From the IMG/VR virus record IMGVR_UViG_3300048581_000026: a stretch of 64,000 bases of DNA; one strand, written 5' to 3'. Under the pieces are notes generated by a model that was not told where the DNA came from, did no database searches, and saw nothing but the letters and a program-made list of their open reading frames with translations. Source of the DNA: an uncultured virus (IMG/VR IMGVR_UViG_3300048581_000026) (taxonomy: Duplodnaviria; Heunggongvirae; Uroviricota; Caudoviricetes). The stretch's first letter is position 1. Every line of letters begins with the position of its first letter. The position numbers and the translations under genes were made by a program. Positions 6,225 to 16,463 of the stretch are shown piece by piece.

Positions 6225-9087
6225 TCATTCGTCCTGGGCCCTGGTCTCTTTATTAGAGTAGATCGGGTTTGCCCCAAGTCCAGATAATTTTCGCCAGGCC
6301 TGGATCTGAACTTGCCTGAACCCAGCCTTGACCCGGCCCTTCCAAATATACCAGTCACCCATCTGCCCTTGTTCAATGATTGGCACCCCAAGCCAGAGGT
6401 AAAGTCTGCGGTCTATGTTGCAGGCTATCTGGTCTGTGTCATCCTCCACAGTCATGAGCACCATCAGTGCTTGCCCTTGGATTATGTTGCCATTGCGCTT
6501 CTTCACATGAGTTGGGTCGTTCAAGTCACGCAGATCCTTCTCAACTATCTTGCCGATGAAGCAGCATTCAACCTCACCATCCTCACACTGGATGTCTTCT
6601 ATGTTGGACAGCCTTGAAACAATAGCATAGGCTCTTGGGTGCTGCTTGAGGTGCCCCCATCGCTCCTCACACTCAAAGATGTTGTCGTATGGGGTCTGCC
6701 CATTGGCAAGCTTGTTGCGCTGGCCGGCGGTTAGCTCCAATCCGGCTTGCCGGCGTCTGATGATATCGTCTGCTTGCTTGTCACCGATGCCCCTTGATGT
6801 TCAGCAGTCCTCCAATGAGCCTCCCATCCTGTACAGACCAAGCCTTCTGAGACTTGAAAGGATCATATGACTTATACTCATACCCTTCCTTGCTTATTTC
6901 ACGCAGAAGCCTTATGCACTGTGAATCATCACGAGCATTGCGCAGACACGCAGCAGCAAACTCCAACGGGAACTTGGACTTGAGGACCATGCACCAGTAA
7001 CTAACCATGGCATAAGCAACAGCGTGGCTACGATTGAACGACCAGGAGCCCATGGTGTTGATGTTGTTCCACACCATCAGTGCAGTATCTTCATCAATTC
7101 CCTGCTCAGCAGCCCCAACCTTGAACCTTGACCAGTATTGATCAAAATACTCTTTACCAAGGCTCTTGCTCATGGCCTTACGCAAACTGCTAACATCCTC
7201 CCAAGACAGGCGTCCCATCTCCCTGGCGATCTGCATCACCTGTTCCTGATAAACCACCACACCATACGTCACCTCAGTTGTATGGGCAATAGAAGAATGA
7301 AGATGGACAACAGGCTTTTCTCCAGTCCTGCGCCTTAGATACTCCGTTGTGCCGCCACTGTGTAAAGGCCCAGGACGCGCCAGTGCTGTCAATGCTGAAA
7401 TATCCTCGAAGTTCTCCACAACCAGCTGACTGCAAATGGTTTGCAGTGCATGGCCTTCAAACTGGAAGATACCAGCGAATTTCTTGCTGTTAAGGATCTC
7501 GTATGCAGCCTTGTCATCTGTTGGATACGCAATCAGTTGCTCTCGGCTCCACCCAACTTGATCAAGGCAGTCCTGAAGCACAGAAAGAGTGCGCAGCCCC
7601 AATGCATCAATCTTGAGTAGGTTGAGCTCTTCAGCATCGTGCTTGTCGACCTGAATTGAACCCTTCATGTTGTCAACTGAACAGAACTTGCTCACTGGTT
7701 CTGCAAGAACCACAATACCAGCTGCATGCTGTCCTGAACCGGAGGCATGATTCTCAATGTCACCAGCAGCCTTCATCTGTGGGTATTTTTTGATCAGGTT
7801 CTGACCAACTTCAAGCTGTTCAAAAGTGTCAGCAATGCAGAATCCAGCTCGGCTGTCTCCTGTGCTGCGCTCAATGATGCTATTCTTTAGATTTGTGAGT
7901 TCCCAAATTGGGACGTGAAGCTCCTTGGCAATGCAGTCAATGGCCGACTTCGCCTTATAACGCATGACTGTCCCCAGTCTGGCCACACAATCTGCTCCGT
8001 ATTTCTGGCGCAGGTATTCGAAAACCATGTCTCTTCGGTCGTCTGGGAAGTCGATGTCGATGTCAGGAAGGTCTTTTCTATTAACGTCAATAAATCGCTC
8101 GAAAAGTAGGGAGTAAGGTATTGGATCAATTTCTGTGATCGACAGGAGATAGCAGACAAGGCTTCCACAAGATGATCCTCTGGCTGGTCCCACCAGCATT
8201 TCTGTTTTGGCATATCTCACCAGGTCCCACACAAGGTAGAAATAATCCTCAAAATTCTTCTCGTGAATGAGTTCAAGCTCACGAGTAAGCCTGTCTGCAT
8301 ACAGCTTATTATTCAGGTCAATACCACGTGAAGATGCAGCAGTTTCACATAGGTATCGCAGTGGCTTCATGCCTTCAAAATGCACCATTGATGCCTTAGG
8401 CATGTGTGCTGTGCATTGTTCCGCAATTTCCTCTGCAGCAGCAAGTGCTTCTCTGCTGTTTGGCCACATAAGCTCCCACTCAGCTGTGGTGAGTAGATGC
8501 ATTGGAGTGACGCGCATCTGGGCATCCCTGCCAGCCAGCGCAGTGTAGATATCCTTATCTTCTGCCCTTGGGTAGAAGTTGTCAGATGTGGCAACTGTGC
8601 GAAAACCTTTCTGTTTTGCGAAGTCCTTTGATCTTGGTGCACTTGACGGCCCAAGTTCAATGAACAGATTCGGGTGGCGCGGAAGGCTACCCCACACAGG
8701 GTATGCACCAGAAAGAATAATAACATTCTCGCTGATGTCAAACAGGACGCTGTAATCAATCCTTGGATTGTAATAAAAATTCTCTGGTTTTGTGCTGAGG
8801 CTCACCAGCTCATACAGCTCCTGCAAACCAGCCTCATTCTTGGCCAGAAATGCCATGTAGTTGGTGCCTTGTTTCTCGCGGACCTTCATGTCACTGACAA
8901 CAGCCAGTTCAGCACCAAAGATTGGCTTCCTACCAGCAGCTTTGCAAGCCTTCTGAAATTCAACGTGCGACCACGTCCCAAATCTGTCACAGATGCCAAT
9001 TGGACCTGATGTTACGTCGAGGATCTTGGCAATAGTGCCATATGCTTGACGAAAGCTATATTCGGAACGGACTCGAAGCTGAAGCAT
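6225..9087 (-). CDS. dnaE: DNA polymerase III alpha subunit (family C); frameshift at ~6790-6793 splits it into 6781-9087 and 6225-~6790
   Basis: PHP domain, GPARGSSCGSL, PDIDIDF, KIDALGL, FNRSHAVAY; removing one G from AAGGGGCATC restores HhH NIKGIGDKQA in frame with the C-terminal OB-fold ORF. Confidence 0.95.
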
Positions 9088-9317
9088 TATTCGTCCTCAC
9101 CAAAATCTGGCTTTATTTCATCCAGCTTCTCTCGCAAATCTGAGTCATCAAAATTGCTCTTTATCCTGTGACCATCAAATGTGAAATCATCTTCAATGTT
9201 CTTGACCTGATCCCTTGTGAATAAACATTTTCCTTGTTTATCCCTGCTGGTTGAATGCACACCTTTAATCACTCTGAATCCGAGTAGCTTCCAATCATCA
9301 AATGTCTTAGCCTTCAT
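9087..9317 (-). CDS. Hypothetical protein
   Basis: GAGGTG RBS; stop overlaps the dnaE start. Confidence 0.7.
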   Translation of the reverse strand: MKAKTFDDWKLLGFRVIKGVHSTSRDKQGKCLFTRDQVKNIEDDFTFDGHRIKSNFDDSDLREKLDEIKPDFGEDE

Positions 9318-9320
9318 GAC

Positions 9321-9560
9321 TCACCTCGGATCACAAGAACCACGTAAAAATTCACCAGGAGTGAATTCATCTTCGCCATTCCAGTCCATTGTGTGCATTG
9401 CTTCCATGCATTCTGTGTGAAGGTAATCGTGATTGAATTCATTGCCCATAGTGTATGCACGTTCAATTGCAATCTGGCCAGGGAATATAAGCTCGCCACA
9501 CCAAACACAGCGTGCAATTTTCTTCTTGCATACTCTCTTTTCCTTTAATAGAACCATCAT
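9321..9560 (-). CDS. Small Zn-finger-like protein
   Basis: CVWC...HTEC motif; tight packing. Confidence 0.65.
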   Translation of the reverse strand: MMVLLKEKRVCKKKIARCVWCGELIFPGQIAIERAYTMGNEFNHDYLHTECMEAMHTMDWNGEDEFTPGEFLRGSCDPR

Positions 9561-9660
9561 GCACCCCAGTAGCAGAACAGCACAACACAGTCTAATTCTA
9601 AGTCCTTAAACCAATCAAGAGTCTGCAAACCCTTCATGTATTCATCAATCCAGATCCTAT

Positions 9661-10197
9661 TCACATCAGCTCCTTCTCCTTGAGCCAGCGCACACAGCGA
9701 ACAAGGGCCTCTGTGTCTGACATAGCCCGATGGGCATCCTTGAAATTGGTTCCGGTTGCGCACAGGTGAAGCTCGCCAAGGTGCAAACGTTTATTGTAAA
9801 GACTGAAGCTGGCTTCAACAGTGCAGACCTGCTTGTATGGATAAGGAAATGCGAATTGCTTGCCAATTCGCTCAAGCTCAAACCGGAGCAGGCTGAGGTC
9901 GAACATGAGGTTGTGTGCTACCAGTGTGGTCTCTCCAAGGAAGAAGCTACAAAGGTCTGCGTAGTGTGCGGCGAATGGCTTCTGGCCAGCCAGCATTTCA
10001 TCAGTGATATGTGTGATTTTGACGATCTCTTCTGGAAGCTGGCATCCAGGTTGGACAAGGAAGTCAAGCCTCTCAACTTCCTCAAGAGTATCGTCGTCCA
10101 GCTTGATGCCAGCGAATTCAATGATCTGCGGCTGGTCCTTGAGTGGCACTAGGCCAGGCAGCACCAGTCCGGTTGTCTCCGTATCGTAGATAATCAT
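9661..10197 (-). CDS. DEDDh 3'-5' exonuclease (DnaQ/epsilon-like proofreading subunit)
   Basis: YDTETTG, VAHNLMFD, HRAMSDT motifs. Confidence 0.95.
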   Translation of the reverse strand: MIIYDTETTGLVLPGLVPLKDQPQIIEFAGIKLDDDTLEEVERLDFLVQPGCQLPEEIVKITHITDEMLAGQKPFAAHYADLCSFFLGETTLVAHNLMFDLSLLRFELERIGKQFAFPYPYKQVCTVEASFSLYNKRLHLGELHLCATGTNFKDAHRAMSDTEALVRCVRWLKEKELM

Positions 10198-11003
10198 CTC
10201 TGTCCACCAGCCATTTCGATGTTAGACCCAGACAGATAGTCAGCATCGCCACTGACCAGATGAAGAACTTCCACTGCTATCTCACCAGGCGACAGCCAGT
10301 GATCCATCGGCAGGCAGGCACCCCAATAGGCCTCAGCATCCTGTCTGCTGAGGTTCCTGTAGCGCATCAGGCCTTTGATGGTCTCTTCCGTCATAGGGGT
10401 CCCATAGGTGTTGCTTGGATGAACAGCGAACACCCTGTATCCCTTTGGTGCCAGCTCCCAGGCTGCACACTTCATGAACTGTGCCAATCCAGCCTTGGCA
10501 GCACAATACACACTGCTGCCATTCAGAACACTGCGGTAGGCCATGCTACCAATGAAGACGATGTATTTCGTCACATCACTGTTGATTGTTGCACGGACGA
10601 ACTCAGAGGTGGCATTGATGCTGCCGAGCAGAATGTCCTCCAGGACTCGTTTCTCGTCCTCTCGCTTCAGGTCCTCAATCCAGTCCATGTTGGTTGTTCC
10701 ATTGCACAGGACCAGTATTTCTGCATTTTTGTTTGCCTGGAAAAATTCACTGCAGTCCATCCTGACATCAAGGAATCTGCTGTCAGTTTTGTATAGATCC
10801 AAGCTGTGTTCACAGAAATGAGTGGATACAACATCAATACCATCATTCTTCAGCTGCTCTGTAATGTGAAACCCAATATTTGATTCCCCATCACTACCGA
10901 CAACAATTGCAGCCCTTGGCTGGTTGCCTCGGAAAAATGCTGGCTTGTGGATGGCTTTCTGCTGCTCGATATAGCCATTACCGACATTCTCTTTGGTTCC
11001 CAT
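10194..11003 (-). CDS. Short-chain dehydrogenase/reductase (SDR)
   Basis: FIGSMA...SVYCAAKAGL (S, YxxxK), ELAPKGYRVFAVHP, YLSGSNIEMAGG; atypical Gly motif VVGSDGESNIG. Confidence 0.9.
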   Translation of the reverse strand: MGTKENVGNGYIEQQKAIHKPAFFRGNQPRAAIVVGSDGESNIGFHITEQLKNDGIDVVSTHFCEHSLDLYKTDSRFLDVRMDCSEFFQANKNAEILVLCNGTTNMDWIEDLKREDEKRVLEDILLGSINATSEFVRATINSDVTKYIVFIGSMAYRSVLNGSSVYCAAKAGLAQFMKCAAWELAPKGYRVFAVHPSNTYGTPMTEETIKGLMRYRNLSRQDAEAYWGACLPMDHWLSPGEIAVEVLHLVSGDADYLSGSNIEMAGGQR

Positions 11004-11004
11004 T

Positions 11005-11337
11005 TCACAGCCCCATTTCTTTCAAGTCCTGCTCTTTTGCTTCTGTGCTGAGCATCTCTTCCATTGCAGCATACACAATGACATCGTGGATGGAGTCAAT
11101 ATGTGGAATGCCTGGCTCCTTGGTGTGGCGCATCAGCTTGGTGACGATCTGCATGATGATAGCAATCCGGTTCCACCCATTGACATCATCAATATCAATC
11201 ATCAGGCCATTTGGATATAGCACCTGCATGATTTTACCAAAGTTCAGGAAAGTGCTTCCATATGTGCCATTTCGTTCTGTGAATGTATCCATGGCTTCAG
11301 AAATGCACACAGCAACCTTTTTACTCTGATCATCCAT
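11005..11337 (-). CDS. DUF6378/Nmad1-like all-alpha (MazG-like) nucleotide-modification-associated protein
   Basis: ERNGTYG...KLMR...DSIHDVIVYA pattern; GAGGGGG RBS. Confidence 0.65.
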   Translation of the reverse strand: MDDQSKKVAVCISEAMDTFTERNGTYGSTFLNFGKIMQVLYPNGLMIDIDDVNGWNRIAIIMQIVTKLMRHTKEPGIPHIDSIHDVIVYAAMEEMLSTEAKEQDLKEMGL

Positions 11338-11789
11338 TAGTAATCCCCCTCTTTTACCTGCCAGCACACAAGACCCAGTGATCGCCACATTTTCACCACA
11401 CGATCCCTGTCCTCGAACACCAGGTCTACATTGTAATTGGGTTCGATGAACTTGAGGTAAATTTCTTCCTTCACTGTTGCATCGCTGCGCATATCACCAT
11501 CTCTGCGCATCCAAATCCTATCATAGTCAACATCCTTGCTGTGAAGCCAGTTCTCTGTAACAGACCTATACCTTTCATATCGGCCAGTGACAATGAGGAC
11601 TTCTGTTGGATGATATACACAGGCACAGAGACCAGCCAGAACGTTGCGAAGAATCATGTTAACTTGGTCAGCACCCATGCCAGCATTCCAAGCATCCCAG
11701 TCCTTTGGTGTTTTATGCAGGTTGAAAATCCTGTGGTCGGTGTTACACAGAGTTCCATCCAGATCCACAATGATGGAATAAGGCTTCAT
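11337..11789 (-). CDS. HAD-family phosphatase (polynucleotide kinase 3'-phosphatase-like)
   Basis: VDLDGTL, VTGR, MRRDGD.RSD..VK, VFEDR motifs. Confidence 0.9.
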   Translation of the reverse strand: MKPYSIIVDLDGTLCNTDHRIFNLHKTPKDWDAWNAGMGADQVNMILRNVLAGLCACVYHPTEVLIVTGRYERYRSVTENWLHSKDVDYDRIWMRRDGDMRSDATVKEEIYLKFIEPNYNVDLVFEDRDRVVKMWRSLGLVCWQVKEGDY

Positions 11790-12601
11790 GAAGTCTCCCC
11801 TTTTGGCTGTGCCTCCGCCCTGTGTGTTTCCCAAAGATCCTGAATCTCCTGCTTTGTGAGTGCTTGCTCCCAGGCCTTGTTATCCCACCTACGACCAGTC
11901 TCAGGATTGAACACACCAGCTTTAACCGGACACTGCTCATAGCTGTAGTTTGGGAAACAGCACACTCCTGTTGAAGCGCAGTGGACTCGCAGCATAGGCT
12001 CCGTCCAAGGATAGACTGCAACCACAGCATCACGCATTGCACGCATGACGTCCTGAAATTCGCCCTGAGCCTTCACGCACAGACGTTCGCCAGCCATCTG
12101 GTGAAGTGTCCGCAGGTTGGCCTTGAAGATGATGTTGGTGCAAATGTTTGTCGGAAGCACTCCCCTGGCATCCTGTGGGTTGGCACCAGCAGCCAGCAGT
12201 GCTTGATAGCCATCGTGAATGTTATCCATTGTGGCATCGTAGACCACCTGCAAGCTGCTCTCAGCAGGATCTGAATCCCTGATGGTTCCTGTAGTGACAT
12301 AGTCAAAATCAGACATGTCAACCACCCGCTGTGCCTGCTGTGCAAATGCTGTGCCAACCCGGTGCCTTACCAGCTGGTGAGTAAATGCACGAGTTACGTC
12401 TTGAATAAGGAACACAAAGTCGCAGAATTCCCACGAGGACTTGATGGTTCCTAGCATGTAATTGAGTTCTTCCTGCTTCTTTTCAGGTGGCCAAGCCTTG
12501 ACTTCCTCCATGGCCCTTGGGCTGAGTTTCAGACGGGTGCTCTTGGTGAACAGGAGCAGATCAAGCGCATCTTGGGTGTATGAAACCAGGGTGACTTGCA
12601 T
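11786..12601 (-). CDS. thyX: FAD-dependent thymidylate synthase (ThyX)-like protein, divergent active site
   Basis: TRAFTHQLVRHR...QQAQR, ARGVLP, NLR...RLC..AQGEF. Confidence 0.85.
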   Translation of the reverse strand: MQVTLVSYTQDALDLLLFTKSTRLKLSPRAMEEVKAWPPEKKQEELNYMLGTIKSSWEFCDFVFLIQDVTRAFTHQLVRHRVGTAFAQQAQRVVDMSDFDYVTTGTIRDSDPAESSLQVVYDATMDNIHDGYQALLAAGANPQDARGVLPTNICTNIIFKANLRTLHQMAGERLCVKAQGEFQDVMRAMRDAVVAVYPWTEPMLRVHCASTGVCCFPNYSYEQCPVKAGVFNPETGRRWDNKAWEQALTKQEIQDLWETHRAEAQPKGETS

Positions 12602-13116
12602 CAGAAGTCAATCCCATCTTCAGGGCTGAAAGGCGGTTGGACTGCTGGAAACTCTGCTTCCATCTTCTCCAGGACTCCTTCAACATCCTTCCAATACATC
12701 TGGAAGTTCTTGAGGAAATAAGCCTTCTTGCGCTCCAGTTCCACTACCTCATTGCGCTTGGTCTCGATATCCTTGTTGAAGCAGTGGATGATGCGATCTT
12801 TCTCCAGGCCAAGCATGTCGTCATCTTGTGCTCGAACAACCTCCGTATCCTCAGTTTTCGCATTGTAATAGAGGAACTTCACAGATGCAGAGGAGTAGGT
12901 CGTCTCCATGTAGGCAATGATGATGGTTGGAAGTTTCTCGAATGGTTCAAAACCGATGATGGTGCCAGGGAACACCTTGTAGCTGCTGTATTCCTTGATG
13001 AGGACCTTGACCCTATCCCCGACCTTCAGATTGTCGATCCGTTTCGCTGTCCGCAGATCAATTTCCATCTTGATACCATTGATCTCGATCACTCGGATGT
13101 TCTTGTCTTCGCTCAT
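12601..13116 (-). CDS. Hypothetical protein
   Basis: AAAGGGAG RBS; coupled to thyX. Confidence 0.8.
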   Translation of the reverse strand: MSEDKNIRVIEINGIKMEIDLRTAKRIDNLKVGDRVKVLIKEYSSYKVFPGTIIGFEPFEKLPTIIIAYMETTYSSASVKFLYYNAKTEDTEVVRAQDDDMLGLEKDRIIHCFNKDIETKRNEVVELERKKAYFLKNFQMYWKDVEGVLEKMEAEFPAVQPPFSPEDGIDF

Positions 13117-13182
13117 ATGAGCTCCCTTTGTGATGTGGCTAACGCCACTTGGTTGAACTTCTGGTTGAATTTATTCCTTTTT

Positions 13183-14145
13183 CTATTCCAGTATGGACTT
13201 CTGCACCGAATAAAGATCGCGATTTGCAATGAAGCCATCAATGAACTGGACATCTTTGACAATGTCATCTAGTAGGATGTTGCGCCACGTGGCGTATCTT
13301 CCTAGAGAATAGATGTGGTGCTTCTCGCTGGCCCAGAACATGAATGCTTTGCGGACCGAATCAGCGATTGGAGCAATTTTCCCAAATTTCTGGTGCTTGA
13401 TCTTCACAGATGAATTTCTGATTGCACGGATGCCAAAATCCTCTGAGATCAGACTGATCACAGGACCAAGGTCCGCCATCTGCATCTCTTCCAGGCCAAG
13501 CAGCTCGATGATGATCCTGTTTCCCGTAATGCTGGCCCTGTATACACCATAGTGATTGTGGCCTGGGTAATAGATGGTCTGGTAAACATCAACCTCCGGC
13601 TCAGCAAACTCCGCAGTAATAACGCTGATAGGCCAGTAACCAAATTCAGGCATTGGCGACCAACCAATCTGCTTCATGAGAATAGGCATTGGTATGGTGC
13701 TGATTGTCCCACAGCCAGCAGGGAATTTTTTATAATCCCAGCAGTTGAAGTCAATTCCAGAATTAAACCGGATCTCAACTGATGCAGCCATCTGCTGAAG
13801 AAAGTCTGACGGGGCAATCCAGCGCTCTGCTGGTTCCAGGTTGAGAATTGAGCGAGGTATGACTCTGCCAGTCACCTTCAGGGCATACATATTGCTGAGC
13901 TGCAGGCTGGCCTCGCTCTGAATCATGCCGTTAAATGGGTTCTTTATTGCTTTATGAACTGTGACTTTCTTGAAAGGAATCCCAGTCACTCTACTGACAC
14001 CCTCGGTGCGGAAACGCAGGACTGCAGCGTGGTTATCCGGCAGTGCCGGGCCAGCCTCGTACACCACAGGTCTGTGGCGACGCAGCATGTTTGCTGCAAT
14101 CAGTCCTGCCGCTCCCGCACCAACAATGATCATAAATCCCCCCAT
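13183..14145 (-). CDS. FAD/NAD(P)-binding oxidoreductase (UDP-galactopyranose mutase-like fold)
   Basis: IVGAGAAGLIAA Rossmann motif; C-terminal IYSLGRYATWRNILLDD. Confidence 0.8.
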   Translation of the reverse strand: MGGFMIIVGAGAAGLIAANMLRRHRPVVYEAGPALPDNHAAVLRFRTEGVSRVTGIPFKKVTVHKAIKNPFNGMIQSEASLQLSNMYALKVTGRVIPRSILNLEPAERWIAPSDFLQQMAASVEIRFNSGIDFNCWDYKKFPAGCGTISTIPMPILMKQIGWSPMPEFGYWPISVITAEFAEPEVDVYQTIYYPGHNHYGVYRASITGNRIIIELLGLEEMQMADLGPVISLISEDFGIRAIRNSSVKIKHQKFGKIAPIADSVRKAFMFWASEKHHIYSLGRYATWRNILLDDIVKDVQFIDGFIANRDLYSVQKSILE

Positions 14146-14157
14146 TGAACAGCGAAT

Positions 14158-14712
14158 TTACTCAGCAGCTTTATCCTCAACAGCAGGAACATCGACCACC
14201 TTGACGTAGCTGTGTTCGATGTCGTAGTTCAGATCAACACTGCGCCCACCAGCCTTGATGTAATCGTCATAGATCATGCCAGGCTGAAGCAGAGCGAAGG
14301 AGTTGAAGCCATTGGTGCCTTCACGACGAGGATTCTTGCCACCCTCGGTGAGGACCACAATTTCCTTGCCCTTGTTGGGGCTGGTGCCAAAGGCACGAGG
14401 GGCAGTGGACTTCTCACCCTTGGCCTTCTCCTTGGCAGCCTTGGCCTCAGCCTTGGCCTTCTCCTTGGCAGCCTTGGCTTCCTCCTTGGCCTTCACGGAT
14501 GCTGCGACCTTCTCAGCTCGCTCCGCACCCTTGCTGTGATTTTCAGCTTCCTTCTTCTCCAGTTCCTTCTTGCGAGCCTCAGCCTTCTCCATGTTGACAC
14601 GGTGGACTTCAGCAGCATGAGCCAGGCGCTCCTTCTGATTAAGCTTGGGCTTGGGCAGCTTGCGAGGGGTCTCGGCGACTTCAGGAGTGGATTCGGGAGT
14701 GGTGCTGGTCAT
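14158..14712 (-). CDS. Lys/Ala/Glu-rich (histone-like) protein with C-terminal NPRxEG domain
   Basis: GGAGG RBS; AKAAKEKAKAEAKAAKEK repeats; strongly biased codons. Confidence 0.85.
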   Translation of the reverse strand: MTSTTPESTPEVAETPRKLPKPKLNQKERLAHAAEVHRVNMEKAEARKKELEKKEAENHSKGAERAEKVAASVKAKEEAKAAKEKAKAEAKAAKEKAKGEKSTAPRAFGTSPNKGKEIVVLTEGGKNPRREGTNGFNSFALLQPGMIYDDYIKAGGRSVDLNYDIEHSYVKVVDVPAVEDKAAE

Positions 14713-14764
14713 TGTGACCTCCAAAAAAGTTGTTGGAAATATGGGCAGGATGCCCAGGAACTTA

Positions 14765-14793
14765 ATTATCGGCCCACAAGCACCACAAGTAAA
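14765..14793 (-). promoter_or_regulatory. Sigma70-type promoter for the nucleotide-metabolism/polymerase operon
   Basis: TTTACT-17bp-GATAAT in the intergenic gap. Confidence 0.65.
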
Positions 14794-14816
14794 GCATTAT
14801 TTTTGTAAACTGTGAA

Positions 14817-16268
14817 TTACACGTTATAGTGACGTATCGTCGCTGGCTGAATCAGTGTTAATGTCTCCTTGGCCCGCGTAAGCGCAACATATAACACACG
14901 CTTCTCAGAATCCGTCTCCATCTGATTCCATGGATTCTGTGTGATGTCAGTTATTAGGGCGACATGATCAGCCTCACCTCCTTTCGCATGATGTATTGTG
15001 CTTATTGTGACCCGTGGCTTGTCAAACAGAGACTCGTGATTTGCCAGACATGAGCGGATATATTCTCTTTTCTTAGCTGCTATCTGAATTACATCCATCC
15101 AGCTCCTATCCTTCATCGCTAAGTCCAGTGGAGATTCCTCAATGGTGCTCGGAAGTCTAGGAACCCAGCCAATCAACCCAGGAATAAACTTATTCAGATT
15201 CCGGATTGACTTTGTGTCCAGCCTAGCACCTTTACGCCATTTCTCCCAGGATTGAATTGCTCTTCCTGCTGAATCACTGGTAGAGTGCTTGTCCTCTTTG
15301 ATGTATGTATAACCCTGATTCTGGACCACAGTTTCAAACCGGGACAGTGCCATATGATTGCGAGCAAGTAGTAGCCAAGATCCTTCGGAAAGATCCAGCG
15401 ACGACTCATAACGAACTTGATCAACTTTGCCCTCAGCCTCGCGTGGAGCCCATACTTTTGGCTGTCTTACCCTGATGCTGTTGGAAACTTCCTGCGCAAT
15501 TCTTTGGACTGATCTTGGGGTTCTGAAGGACTGTGGTAGCACAACAGATTCCCCTTCATGCTCAAGAAACACAGATGAATTTGCACCGGAGAAATCATAG
15601 ATTGCTTGATCATCATCGCCAGCTAGGTATATCTTTTCTGCTCTGCTAGCTGCCAGGTCTACAACTTTCCATTGCAGTGGTGATAGATCCTGAGCTTCAT
15701 CAAGAATGAATAAATCAACATCAAGTGCTGTTGAGAATTGTTCCAGCAGGTCTGTGTAATCCATCATCCCTTTGCTCTGCTTGAATCTTTGAACACCAGC
15801 CTCCCATTGCAGGACTGATGAAAAATTCAAATCAATCAGACTGCTGTCTTCCCATTGCTGTTGCAGACTGACACAGCGCAATCTGGCCAGGCTTTCCACC
15901 CTCGCCACCTTATCCCCAAGGGTAGTCCCTGCCGGCACAAAGGTGATGGAATCCAGATCAGAGAAGCTAAAACCCAGCTCATAACCAATCTCCCTGTAAT
16001 CTTGTTCCTGCATTATGTCCGCACGCTGAATGCCAAGGATTTTGAATGCCACAGAGTGGATTGTGCGGAACCAAGGCAGCTGGTCTTTTTCAAAACCAAA
16101 TCTTACGATGGCTCGGTCACGTGCTTCATCAGCTGCCTTGCGGGTGAATGCCACAAAAGCAATGCGCTCAGGTGACATTCCAGCCTTGATTGCACTGTCA
16201 ACAATGTTCAATAGGGTATTTGTCTTCCCTGTCCCTGGTGGCCCAAATATTTTGGTTATGATCGGCAT
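14817..16268 (-). CDS. UvrD/Rep-family SF1 helicase
   Basis: GPPGTGKT, AFTRKAA, ILDEAQD, GDDDQAIY, STIHHAKGGE, YVALTRAK. Confidence 0.95.
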   Translation of the reverse strand: MPIITKIFGPPGTGKTNTLLNIVDSAIKAGMSPERIAFVAFTRKAADEARDRAIVRFGFEKDQLPWFRTIHSVAFKILGIQRADIMQEQDYREIGYELGFSFSDLDSITFVPAGTTLGDKVARVESLARLRCVSLQQQWEDSSLIDLNFSSVLQWEAGVQRFKQSKGMMDYTDLLEQFSTALDVDLFILDEAQDLSPLQWKVVDLAASRAEKIYLAGDDDQAIYDFSGANSSVFLEHEGESVVLPQSFRTPRSVQRIAQEVSNSIRVRQPKVWAPREAEGKVDQVRYESSLDLSEGSWLLLARNHMALSRFETVVQNQGYTYIKEDKHSTSDSAGRAIQSWEKWRKGARLDTKSIRNLNKFIPGLIGWVPRLPSTIEESPLDLAMKDRSWMDVIQIAAKKREYIRSCLANHESLFDKPRVTISTIHHAKGGEADHVALITDITQNPWNQMETDSEKRVLYVALTRAKETLTLIQPATIRHYNV

Positions 16269-16461
16269 TTATTACACCATATTGCCCCTGCGTCTGACAC
16301 CATTGTTGTGGTCCCCATGATCCTTCATCAGGGCAGGACGAGGGGGTAACACGCTTCCAAGCACCTGTTGGTGCAACAATGTATTGCGTCCCATCAGGCA
16401 GGATGTGCTTGCTACCAGGGATGTGCTTTGCTGCTGATTTGTTTTCTGATTTTCTGGTCAT
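16269..16461 (-). CDS. Small hypothetical protein (probable frameshift at G5 16342-16346)
   Basis: ATG 16461; deleting one base ends the ORF at tandem TAATAA just before the helicase ATG. Confidence 0.45.
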
Positions 16462-16463
16462 GA

